From Anaerolineae bacterium (GTDB lineage: Bacteria; Chloroflexota; Anaerolineae; B4-G1; SLSP01), in contig JBNGCW010000006.1 of NCBI GenBank assembly GCA_049975525.1, positions 68,702 through 132,701 on the forward strand: a stretch of DNA of 64,000 nt, given 5' to 3'. Position numbers and translations under genes: made by a program. The notes under the pieces were generated by a model. The model did not search any database, was not told the origin of the DNA, and saw only the letters and a list, made by a program, of their open reading frames with translations. Of this stretch, positions 8,060 to 15,959 are shown piece by piece. Position 1 is the stretch's first letter; each line of letters starts with the position of its first letter.

Positions 8060-9655
8060 ATGCAAGAAAACATATGGATACGGTTTACTGCTGTGGTGCT
8101 TCTACTGGGCATCATGGTGATTGCCTTGTTCATTGCTACGTCTGTATGGAGCCGACCGCTGTCCGCATCCGCGTGGCACGTTGCCCCTCCGCTGAAGGGG
8201 CCGGTGGATCATCGGCCGGCGCCGGTTATCGTTACGCCCCAGGCTCAGCTGCAGTCCGGCGGCTTGAAAGCCATCGCCATCGTAGGTGAGGTCGGAGATG
8301 TCACTCAGCTTTACAAAGACGACATGCAGTACGCGGTAGACGCACTGGAGGATCATGGCGTTACGGTTTATAAGTTTTTCTACGGCGATAGCGCTTTCAC
8401 TTGGAGCGATATTGTCGCAGCAGCCAATGGCGCACATTTTCTCCTCTACATGGGGCACGGCGTTTACTGGGGCGACTCGTGCGTCAATCCAACGGAGGTC
8501 GGTGGTTTCTATCTAGGTAGCGAGTTCGTCTCTCCGGATCAGATCCGCAATGATCTTGGCGGAAAATTAGCCGAGGACAGCGTGGCAATTCTCAGCCACG
8601 CTTGCTTTTCGGCAGGCGATTCAGCCTGCGATCCCGAGGGCACATTGACGCAAGTGGAGGCCGAGCGCCGGGTGCGGATGTACGCTGCGCCCTTTGTGGA
8701 TATCGGCATGGAGGCTTATTACGCCAACAACAACTATTATTCTGCCAGCAATATTGTCAACCAGCTGTTAACGGATCCCAGCCAACGAAAGAGCGTGGGG
8801 GAGATTTTCAAGAGCATCTCCCCCTTCAGCGCCGGCGAGTTCCGCGATCTGACCTATCCCGACAGCGGCTATGATCTGTGGCTGAGTGGGAGCACAGGTC
8901 ACTGGAGCGATGCCTTTGTCGGTATGCCCGGCTATGTCTTCGCCGGTGATCTTACGACGCCCCCAGAATTGGGTGGGTTGCCGGAGACGTTGGCTTTTGC
9001 GTTCAATCAAGCCACCAGCGTTCTTTCACCCGACTCTTACACTGTGACCCCCGAAAACGTCGGCAATAGCGATCCCCTCACCTGGACCATCACTACCGGC
9101 TGTGCCTGGCTCGACTTTTCGCCGGAAACGGCGACGACACCGGAACCGTTTGGGGTGATGCCCAATCAGGCTGCGATTGCGGCATTGCCCGAAGGCCAGC
9201 ACACCGGCACGTTCACCGTGACAGTCACCGACCCGGCGGAGACGCTCAACGCCGTCCAGCGGGTCGAGGTGACGCTGGATATCGTGAGGCCACGGCTGGG
9301 AAACCTTCCGGCGGAGCTCAATTTCACCTATCTTATTTCTGACGCGCTGATGCTGCCGCGCTCCCACGTCGTGACACCGCGCAACGTCGGCTCGGAAGAT
9401 GTGTTGACGTGGGATCTTGAGCAGGCGGGCACCTGGTTCGAGACGTCGGTCACCAGCGGCACGACGCCCGGCGTCTTCACCATCACGCCCATCAGCTACT
9501 CCACGACCCAGTCGATGAGCTATACGGGCTGTGTTACCGTGACGGCGACGGCGCCGATAGGGACGGACGACGCCGTCCAGCGCATCGATCTCACCCTGCA
9601 GGTCCGGGTGGCCGAAGCGGCGCGTGTATTCTTGCCCCTGGTGACCCGAAACTGA
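8060..9655 (+). CDS. Membrane-anchored secreted protein with a putative clan-CD (legumain/gingipain/caspase-like) cysteine peptidase domain and two tandem C-terminal beta-sandwich-like repeats
   Basis: N-terminal TM ([24 protein letters not shown]). KAIAIVGE strand, then FLLYMGHG (His) and, 49 aa later, [14 protein letters not shown] (Cys). The spacing and context match the clan CD His-Cys dyad. Two repeats follow ([17 protein letters not shown]... and [17 protein letters not shown]...). The region is AT-richer than its surroundings. Confidence 0.5.
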   Translation: MQENIWIRFTAVVLLLGIMVIALFIATSVWSRPLSASAWHVAPPLKGPVDHRPAPVIVTPQAQLQSGGLKAIAIVGEVGDVTQLYKDDMQYAVDALEDHGVTVYKFFYGDSAFTWSDIVAAANGAHFLLYMGHGVYWGDSCVNPTEVGGFYLGSEFVSPDQIRNDLGGKLAEDSVAILSHACFSAGDSACDPEGTLTQVEAERRVRMYAAPFVDIGMEAYYANNNYYSASNIVNQLLTDPSQRKSVGEIFKSISPFSAGEFRDLTYPDSGYDLWLSGSTGHWSDAFVGMPGYVFAGDLTTPPELGGLPETLAFAFNQATSVLSPDSYTVTPENVGNSDPLTWTITTGCAWLDFSPETATTPEPFGVMPNQAAIAALPEGQHTGTFTVTVTDPAETLNAVQRVEVTLDIVRPRLGNLPAELNFTYLISDALMLPRSHVVTPRNVGSEDVLTWDLEQAGTWFETSVTSGTTPGVFTITPISYSTTQSMSYTGCVTVTATAPIGTDDAVQRIDLTLQVRVAEAARVFLPLVTRN

Positions 9656-9694
9656 GGATTGGGCCTCTCCGCAGCATAAAGCAACGTGCGGGGC

Positions 9695-9854
9695 GGTGGA
9701 CGCGCTGATCACCAACTTCCACCTGCCCCGCAGTTCACTGCTGGCGCTGGTGATGGCCTTCGCGGGGGTGGCTCTCGTTCGCAAAGCCTATGCGACGGCG
9801 ATAGAAAAACGCTATCGCTTCTACTCGCTGGGCGACGCCTGTTTGTTCCTCTGA
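9695..9854 (+). pseudogene. Duplicated 3' fragment of queA (direct repeat copy 2); a gene remnant with no start
   Basis: It would encode ...[52 protein letters not shown], near-identical to the QueA C-terminus, with a few substitutions and no upstream start. Confidence 0.8.
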
Positions 9855-9887
9855 TAGGTCAACGGCAAACCGCCGGCGGATGCATCC

Positions 9888-10238
9888 TCACAGGAAGGCC
9901 GAAAGCAGCAAGAAGGCCGCTTCGACGCCCAATGTTTCCGCGAACAGTTTCCAGGACGCGGGCTCCCCGACGTGGCCGTAATGGTACTCTCCCCCACCGA
10001 TGACCACCGCTACGGCGATCAGGCCCAGGAAGAGGGTCAGGAGCTGGCGTATGGCGACGCCCATCTGATAGACTTCGCCGTAGAAGCCATAACTGCCCCA
10101 GAAAGCGGCGTAGATTTTGAGGACGATGTCCAGCACGGTGGGAATGAGCACAACGGCCAACGCCGAGGTCAGTCCCCAGAGGACGAGCGCGCCGACCATG
10201 TTCAGCGGTTCTGCTTGTGCGTTGTGGGTCTCGGTCAT
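9888..10238 (-). CDS. Small 3-TM membrane protein with the conserved GGGEYHYGHVGE motif; paralog of the anti-sigma C-terminal domain
   Basis: 116 aa and hydrophobic. The C-terminal half aligns with residues about 150-254 of the 12410..13174 anti-sigma protein (IGGGE[YH]HY[GR]HVGE..SW[KR]LF..TL..E..L.LS..L). Confidence 0.65.
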   Translation of the reverse strand: MTETHNAQAEPLNMVGALVLWGLTSALAVVLIPTVLDIVLKIYAAFWGSYGFYGEVYQMGVAIRQLLTLFLGLIAVAVVIGGGEYHYGHVGEPASWKLFAETLGVEAAFLLLSAFL

Positions 10239-10257
10239 CTCGGATACCTTTCTCTAA

Positions 10258-12363
10258 TCAGGGCGTGTCATCTGCCGGGTTGCACTGCAGCGGCAGCCAC
10301 GTGGGCACGCCCCTGATCTCGCTGCCGATGAGGCCCAGGTACGGTGTAGGCACCAGCAGGCCGGTCTTTTGCAGATCGTAGGGCAGCGGCGTGTCGCGTT
10401 CGTCGGCGCGGTTGACCAGGGCGGCGGGGAAGGTGCCGTCGGCGCGTGCCGGGGTGATGGCGAAGTGCACGTGTACCCAGAGCGGCCCTTGCCACCAACG
10501 TCCTTGATAGCCCAGCAGCTCGCCTGCTTCCACGGGCACGTTCTCGACGCCCGGCGGGAAGGCCTCGGCGACGAAGGACTGCCGGTTGGCGCTATCGGCC
10601 ATCCCGCCGTAGAAGGTCCACACCTTTTTTCCGGGGTGCAGCGGGTCGTTGTGCTGGATGGCGACGGCGTCATTCCACGTTTCGCGCCGGGTGAGCAGGC
10701 CGTCGGCCACAGCGTAGACGGGCACGCTGTTCTGATGGCCGAGCCCCATGAAGCCCAGGGCTTTGTTGTACCACCACATGCCCAGCTGGCTTGCCGACGG
10801 CAGACGCCAGGGCGCGTCGGGACAGCGGTTGCCTTCCGGCGGCGGGTTCTCCAGGGTGCTGCGCGGCTGGAAGACCAGGGTGTTGGCTTTGAAAGAGGTG
10901 GGCGCATAGGCCGTCACGAGGGCGTTGAGCATCTCCGGCGTCCAGCGCTCCAGATAGACCGGATAGCCCATGAAGTGATGGAGGAAGATGTAGGGGAAGG
11001 CGCCGGCGCGGATCTCCTCGACCAGCGGACGCTGATCCCAGAGCCCGGCCTGCGCCAATTGTGTCATCTCGAAGGGTTGGAGGTAGAGCGGGCGTCCCTC
11101 GAGCGTCAGCAGCCCGGCGTATTCGTCCGCCAGGATGGGGCCCTCGGCGTGATCGATGAGCCAGGTGAGGTCTTTGTAGTTCGCCAGGGGGCCGACGCGC
11201 TGTTTGAGGTCCTCGATGGGGTTTTGCAGCGTCTCACGGATCAGCATCCCGGCCTGCACGGCCAACACCAGCAGGATCGCAGCGTGGAGGTAGGCCCGCC
11301 AGCCGTTTTTGCTTGCCCGTCGTACACCGTCGGCGTGCCCCCGGTTGCCGATGTCGCTCCAGGCGATGAGGCTGCCGGCGGCCAGGCTGAGCGCGGCGGA
11401 GAGCTCCAGCAGGTAGTTGACGTTGGAGCCGATTTTGCCGACGGTGGCCGCGGAGAGCGTCGCGCCGAGGAGATAGGGCGTCAGTAGGGGCCAAAGTTGG
11501 ATCTGACCGGGGAGCAGGAAAAGGAATGCTCCCGCGCCGATGAGCAGCACGGGGGCCAGACTGCTCAGCTCTCGGGCGTAGCGGATCACGGTCTCCCATT
11601 GGAAGGGGTTGACGTTGGCGGTGACGATATTGAAGAAGAAACCGCCGTCGGTGAGCAGTTGCAAGATCAGGAAGAGCAGGAGGCCCGCTCCGGCGACGAG
11701 GCTTGCCAGTTTAAACGCCACGCGCCGTCCGCACCGATGCCACAGCCAGACGAAGGCCGCCAGCGGCGCGGCGAGACCGTAGGATTGGCGGGTGTAGATC
11801 GCACCCAGCAGCAGGAGGGCGGGGATAAGCACGGCGTTGTGTTCCTCGTCAAGACGCGAGACGGCGTAGAGCGCAGCGACGCTCAGCGCCAGTGCCAGCA
11901 TATCGACCCGCGCCAGCGCCGACCAGCCGACGACGTAGCGGAGAGCCAAGAAGAATCCGGCGGCGACCAGCGCAGCTGTGCGGTTTTGTGTCTGCACGTG
12001 CAGGATGAGACCCAGCAGCCCTGCCGTCGCCATGGTGCAGAGCACGGAGATCAAGCGTCCCGGTAGAAATGAAGGGCCGAAGAGGCCTACGAAAGGCGTC
12101 ATCAGCAGCGGGTAGAGCGGGGGGTAGTTGGAGATGGTGTAGGGGGGCTTGGAGAGATCGCGCCGGTAGATGTTTTCCCCCTGTGCCAGCCGCTGCGCCT
12201 GATCGACCAGCGGCGCTTCACCGTAGTCCAGAGGGTAGCGGTGCGCCAGCGCGATGACGCTGTGCGTAAGGAAGATCAGCGCCGCCAGTGCCAGCAAGAC
12301 GAACAGCGTGAGCCGCAAGCCGTGTTCTACGTAGGGTCCCAGATGGGAGAAGAATCGCTTCAT
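10258..12363 (-). CDS. Fusion protein: N-terminal GT-C/GT39-like (ArnT/PMT-type) membrane glycosyltransferase domain plus a C-terminal M23/LytM-like peptidase domain
   Basis: About 13 TM helices in the first 400 aa with GT39-like loops. The C-terminus reads ...SVPVYAVADGLL...AVAIQHNDPLHPGKKVWTFYGGMA...GELLGYQGRWWQGPLWVHVHFAI, resembling the M23 core (G.PV.A...G.V / V.I.H / GPHLHFE). The HxxxD Zn motif is not clear, so the domain may be degenerate. Confidence 0.6.
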   Translation of the reverse strand: MKRFFSHLGPYVEHGLRLTLFVLLALAALIFLTHSVIALAHRYPLDYGEAPLVDQAQRLAQGENIYRRDLSKPPYTISNYPPLYPLLMTPFVGLFGPSFLPGRLISVLCTMATAGLLGLILHVQTQNRTAALVAAGFFLALRYVVGWSALARVDMLALALSVAALYAVSRLDEEHNAVLIPALLLLGAIYTRQSYGLAAPLAAFVWLWHRCGRRVAFKLASLVAGAGLLLFLILQLLTDGGFFFNIVTANVNPFQWETVIRYARELSSLAPVLLIGAGAFLFLLPGQIQLWPLLTPYLLGATLSAATVGKIGSNVNYLLELSAALSLAAGSLIAWSDIGNRGHADGVRRASKNGWRAYLHAAILLVLAVQAGMLIRETLQNPIEDLKQRVGPLANYKDLTWLIDHAEGPILADEYAGLLTLEGRPLYLQPFEMTQLAQAGLWDQRPLVEEIRAGAFPYIFLHHFMGYPVYLERWTPEMLNALVTAYAPTSFKANTLVFQPRSTLENPPPEGNRCPDAPWRLPSASQLGMWWYNKALGFMGLGHQNSVPVYAVADGLLTRRETWNDAVAIQHNDPLHPGKKVWTFYGGMADSANRQSFVAEAFPPGVENVPVEAGELLGYQGRWWQGPLWVHVHFAITPARADGTFPAALVNRADERDTPLPYDLQKTGLLVPTPYLGLIGSEIRGVPTWLPLQCNPADDTP

Positions 12364-12409
12364 CGCGTGCTCCTTGTTTTCTGCGGGATTTCCGTTGCTG
12401 CCTTTGCCT

Positions 12410-13174
12410 TCACAGGAACAATGCCAGGCTCAAGATCAACAGCTCGCCGACGAGGGTCCAGCCGAAGAGGCGCCACGAACGACGTTCCCCAACGTGTCGA
12501 TAGTGGTGTTCCCCTCCACCGATGACCAGGGTGATCCAGCCCAGGGACAGGAAGAAGACGCCCCAGTTGCCCAGCGCGACGGCCGGCCAGGGATCTTGCC
12601 AGAGGCGCGCGTAGACGCGGAAGAAGAGCTCCCGCAGCAAGTAGATTTCGTAAAGGGCCACCACGGCAGTGCCCAGCCAGAGCGTCACGGCCAACGCCGT
12701 GGTGAGTGTGCGGCGCGGTTGCAGCAGGCGGGGATGTTGCCCCCAGCTCATCACCGGGACGAGGAAGAGGATGCAGGCCAGGGTGGGGAACGCCATCGTC
12801 CGCCCCGGCTTGGCGGCGATGAAAGCGGGCTCGACCTGCTGCACGAGGCCTAACAGCGCCGCCAGCAGCCCGATGAGGGCCGCGCCCACGGGCAGAAAGT
12901 CCACGACACGGCGGCGGTGCAGCTGCCGTTGGGGCGCGCGTCCCATGCGTGTCCGGACCGCGGCGAAGGTCATCTCTGCCGGCGGTTTGACGTCGTCAAG
13001 CGCGGTGCGCAGTTCGCGCCGCAGCCGCCGTTGGGTCTCCTCGTGGACGGTCAGCGCGGTACGGCAGGCGGGACAGGCGACCAGGTGTCGGTCCATGTGC
13101 TCCCGTTCCGCATCGGTCAGCGTCTGATGCACGTATCCGATCAGCTCATCTTGGGTGAGGTGTTGCTTCATCGC
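12410..13174 (-). CDS. Anti-sigma factor (zf-HC2 type) with a C-terminal tri-TM GGGEHHYRHVGE domain
   Basis: The start is at MKQHLTQDELIGYVHQTLTDAEREHMDRHLVACPACRTAL (H-x3-C-x2-C zinc finger), overlapping the sigma factor stop as ATGA. A TM segment and a membrane domain paralogous to 9888..10238 follow. Confidence 0.75.
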   Translation of the reverse strand, partial: AMKQHLTQDELIGYVHQTLTDAEREHMDRHLVACPACRTALTVHEETQRRLRRELRTALDDVKPPAEMTFAAVRTRMGRAPQRQLHRRRVVDFLPVGAALIGLLAALLGLVQQVEPAFIAAKPGRTMAFPTLACILFLVPVMSWGQHPRLLQPRRTLTTALAVTLWLGTAVVALYEIYLLRELFFRVYARLWQDPWPAVALGNWGVFFLSLGWITLVIGGGEHHYRHVGERRSWRLFGWTLVGELLILSLALFL

Positions 13175-13752
13175 AGTTCCTCTTCTTTCATCTGATGATA
13201 CAGGGCCGTCGGCGCGAGGCGTGTGCGCAGCTGCTTGTAGGCCAGTCGCACCCGCGACTGAGCGGTCCGCACCGGGCAATTCATGATGTCGGCGATTTCG
13301 CGGTAGGTGTGCCCGGCCCAGTAGCGCAGCACTACCGCCTCGCGCAGTGGTGGACTCAGGGCTTGAAGCGCGTCCCAGACTTCGCGGCGCGTCTCTTGCG
13401 CGAGGGCGCGGTGCTCCGGCCCGGGGCGGCCGGCGCGGGGCTCGTGGCCTCGATCCAGCCAGCGGGTCAACGAGATGACAGGCGCACGCCGTCGGCGATG
13501 GCGATCGCGGCTACGACTCACGGTGATGGTGTGCAGCCACGTCGAGAAGGTAGCGCGCGTGGGGTCGAAGCGGTGGATGTTGGTCAGCGCGTAGGTCAGC
13601 GCGTCCTGCGTCGCTTCCTCTGCATCCTCGGCGTTGCCCAGCAGGCTATAGGCCAGGCGGTAAGTCGAAGCGCGGAATCGCTCGTAAAGCGCCTTCGCGG
13701 CCCGCTCGTCGCCTGTCTGCCAACGTTCAATCCACCGCTCGATCTCGGTCAT
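13168..13752 (-). CDS. ECF-type RNA polymerase sigma-70 family factor
   Basis: Regions 2 and 4 are recognisable (ATQDALTYALTNIHRFDP...FSTWLHTI; LREAVVLRYWAGHTYREIADIMNCPVRTAQSRVRLAYKQLR). It is translationally coupled to the downstream anti-sigma gene. Confidence 0.85.
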   Translation of the reverse strand: MTEIERWIERWQTGDERAAKALYERFRASTYRLAYSLLGNAEDAEEATQDALTYALTNIHRFDPTRATFSTWLHTITVSRSRDRHRRRRAPVISLTRWLDRGHEPRAGRPGPEHRALAQETRREVWDALQALSPPLREAVVLRYWAGHTYREIADIMNCPVRTAQSRVRLAYKQLRTRLAPTALYHQMKEEELR

Positions 13753-14039
13753 GGTTTGATCCTTTTCCGGTCGCTGCTACCTTATTATACGCGAGGACGG
13801 GGGGAGATGATCACGAAAATTGTAGGAGGCTACACACATTTGTGGGGACATGTCGATTAGGTTTGTACCTTCCCAAACGCGACTCCGCAGGTGCGTTGTA
13901 CTTGACCGAACCCGGAGGCCGTAATTTGAGGATGATCCGTGTATCGAGGGGCGGTGGAGAAACGGCGATCCCGCTACACGCTTTGAGGAAAAGGGGGTGT
14001 GATGGGTTTCGTCGGGGTTGGGTGATGCACTGTGGTGTT

Positions 14040-15779
14040 TCAGGCTTCGGCTTTCCGCAGATACCACACGCCGCCCACGACGCCTAACCCCAACAGAGTC
14101 GCGCCCAGCAATGACCCCACCAGAAGTTTGCGGCGGCGTGGACGGGCTTCGGCGCGCCGGGCTTGTGCTTTGACCAACGCGGCTTTCCAATCGGGGATGG
14201 ACGCCTTGGGCGGCAGGCTGTAGCAGCGGTCCCAGAGTTTGAGATACGCGGCAACTTCGCCTTCCCAGCGCGCCTCGTCCCAGCCCAGTTCCGGCTGACA
14301 GAGGGCGCGGACTCTGGGCAGGATCTCCCGTCCCCCGTGGGGGAGCAGCAGGCCGAGGCGCGTGCGGCGCAGCAGCAGATCGTCCAGGTGTTCGACGGCT
14401 TCGCTGCGCGCGGCCCAGCGCAGCTCCGCCCAGAGCGTCTCGGTGCCGGGGATCTCGACGAGCTCGCCGGATTGCGCCGCCTCCGTCAGCGCCGGGGCCG
14501 CCGCGCCGTAGCGCCCCAGCAGACGACGCCGCCGGTCAGGCGTCAGCGCCTCGCCCTGGGGCAGCGGTACGTCCACCGGATCCAGCATCGGTACGTCGTC
14601 CTGCGGCTCAGGCATCGCCGACAACCGGTGCCGCACGGCGCACAGCGCGTCCAGGGCGATACGGCGGAAGGTCGTCAGCTTGCCGCCGGTCACCGTCAGC
14701 AGCCCCTGCTCGTCCCAGACGACGTGGTCGCGTGACTCCTTCGACGGATCAGCCTTGCCGGAGCCGATGACGGGCCGCACGCCGGCGAAGGTGCTGATCA
14801 CGTCGTCCGGCGTCAGGCCGAGGGAGGGGAACTGGGCCTCCACCGCCGCCATGAGATAGGCGACCTCGTCCGGCGTGATCTGCGGTTCCGCGTTCAAGGG
14901 CCGGTCATGGTCGAGGTCGGTGGTGCCCACCAGCGTCACGCCTTCCCAGGGGAAGAGGAAGACGGGCCGCCGGTCGAGGGGATGCAGAAAGCTGATGGCC
15001 TGCGCCAGCGGCAGCCGCCACGCCGGGAAGATCAGGTGGCTGCCCCGCAGCGGACGGATGCGCGGGCGCGCCCCGATCTGCCGGCGCAAGTCGTCGGCCC
15101 AGGCGCCCGTGGCGTTGATGACGACGGAAGCGTACACGTCGGCCCGGCGGTCCCTCACTCGGTCGTGCAGGCGCACGCCGACGACCTGTCCGTCGTCGCA
15201 GAGTACCTGTTCGGCGCGACAGTAGTTCAGCGCGGTCGCCCCGTCGGCGATGGCCTCGAAGATCACGCGCAATACCAGCCGCGCGTCGTCGGTCTGCGCG
15301 TCGCCGTAGCGCCAGCCGCCCACCAGCCCGTTCTTGACGATGTGGGGCGCCAACATCTGGAAATCCTCGGCGCTGTAGTAGCGGTGGCCCCACTGCAGCG
15401 CCAGCAGATCGTAGACCGTCAGCCCGGCGCCGTAGATCCATTTGCCGGGGACATCGCCTTTGTAGGTCGCCAGCAGGAAGCCCAGCGGGTCGATGAGACC
15501 GGGCCCCTCTTCGATCAGCCGCTTGCGCTCCTGCACGGAGGTCAGCGTCAGGTGTACCTTGCCCTCCTTGAGGTAGCGCAAGCCGCCGTGGACCAACTTC
15601 GACGAGCGGCTGGACGTCCCCCAGGCGAAGTCCTGCTGCTCGACGAGCAGCGCCTTCAAGCCCAGGCGCGTCGCCTCCCGCAGAATCCCCGCCCCGGTGA
15701 TCCCGCCCCCGACGACGACAATGTCCCACGCTTGATCCAAACGATCCCAGGCCTCAGCGCGCCAATTTTCCATTAACAT
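14040..15779 (-). CDS. glpD: FAD-dependent glycerol-3-phosphate dehydrogenase (GlpD/GlpA-like) with a C-terminal TM tail
   Basis: DIVVVGGGITGAG dinucleotide-binding motif and GlpD-like sequence throughout. The start is chosen at MLMENW (ATG 15779). The C-terminus LLVGSLLGATLLGLGVVGGVWYL is hydrophobic. Confidence 0.75.
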   Translation of the reverse strand: MLMENWRAEAWDRLDQAWDIVVVGGGITGAGILREATRLGLKALLVEQQDFAWGTSSRSSKLVHGGLRYLKEGKVHLTLTSVQERKRLIEEGPGLIDPLGFLLATYKGDVPGKWIYGAGLTVYDLLALQWGHRYYSAEDFQMLAPHIVKNGLVGGWRYGDAQTDDARLVLRVIFEAIADGATALNYCRAEQVLCDDGQVVGVRLHDRVRDRRADVYASVVINATGAWADDLRRQIGARPRIRPLRGSHLIFPAWRLPLAQAISFLHPLDRRPVFLFPWEGVTLVGTTDLDHDRPLNAEPQITPDEVAYLMAAVEAQFPSLGLTPDDVISTFAGVRPVIGSGKADPSKESRDHVVWDEQGLLTVTGGKLTTFRRIALDALCAVRHRLSAMPEPQDDVPMLDPVDVPLPQGEALTPDRRRRLLGRYGAAAPALTEAAQSGELVEIPGTETLWAELRWAARSEAVEHLDDLLLRRTRLGLLLPHGGREILPRVRALCQPELGWDEARWEGEVAAYLKLWDRCYSLPPKASIPDWKAALVKAQARRAEARPRRRKLLVGSLLGATLLGLGVVGGVWYLRKAEA

Positions 15780-15824
15780 GTCTATCCCGCCTCCGTATTC
15801 ATCACACAACACGCAATACGTTGA

Positions 15825-15853
15825 CTCTACTGAAAAAAGGTTTTTCAGTAGAG
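15825..15853. promoter_or_regulatory. Palindrome CTCTACTGAAAAA-N3-TTTTTCAGTAGAG (candidate operator/terminator hairpin) in the glpD-like upstream region
   Basis: Perfect 13-bp arms read from the sequence. The left arm is part of TTGACTCTACTGAAAAAA, which recurs at 17631-17649. Confidence 0.5.
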
Positions 15854-15865
15854 AAAGGGATACTT

Positions 15866-15901
15866 TATGTTGTGGTTGGGCTGCAGCCCAACCACAACAT
15901 A
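15866..15901. other. 36-nt perfect palindrome TATGTTGTGGTTGGGCTGCAGCCCAACCACAACATA between the FAD-oxidase and glpD-like genes
   Basis: Read directly from the sequence. It lies 60 nt downstream of the stop of the 15960..17549 gene (minus strand), and a T-rich run follows on both strands. It is a possible terminator or attenuator. Confidence 0.5.
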
Positions 15902-15959
15902 TACCCCATATTTTTCTTTGGCTGCCTCTTTTTTCAGGGCAGCCAATACGTTTCACGAG

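Noticed and set aside
10369-11487. 372-aa plus-strand ORF antisense to the GT39-M23 gene
   Set aside because: The membrane-protein signal is on the minus strand. The plus-frame product is Gly/Arg/Glu low-complexity sequence.
14907-15776. 289-aa plus ORF and 274-aa minus alternative-frame ORF (14905..15729) overlapping glpD-like gene
   Set aside because: The FAD-binding motif and GlpD homology are in a different frame or strand. These are GC-rich shadow ORFs.
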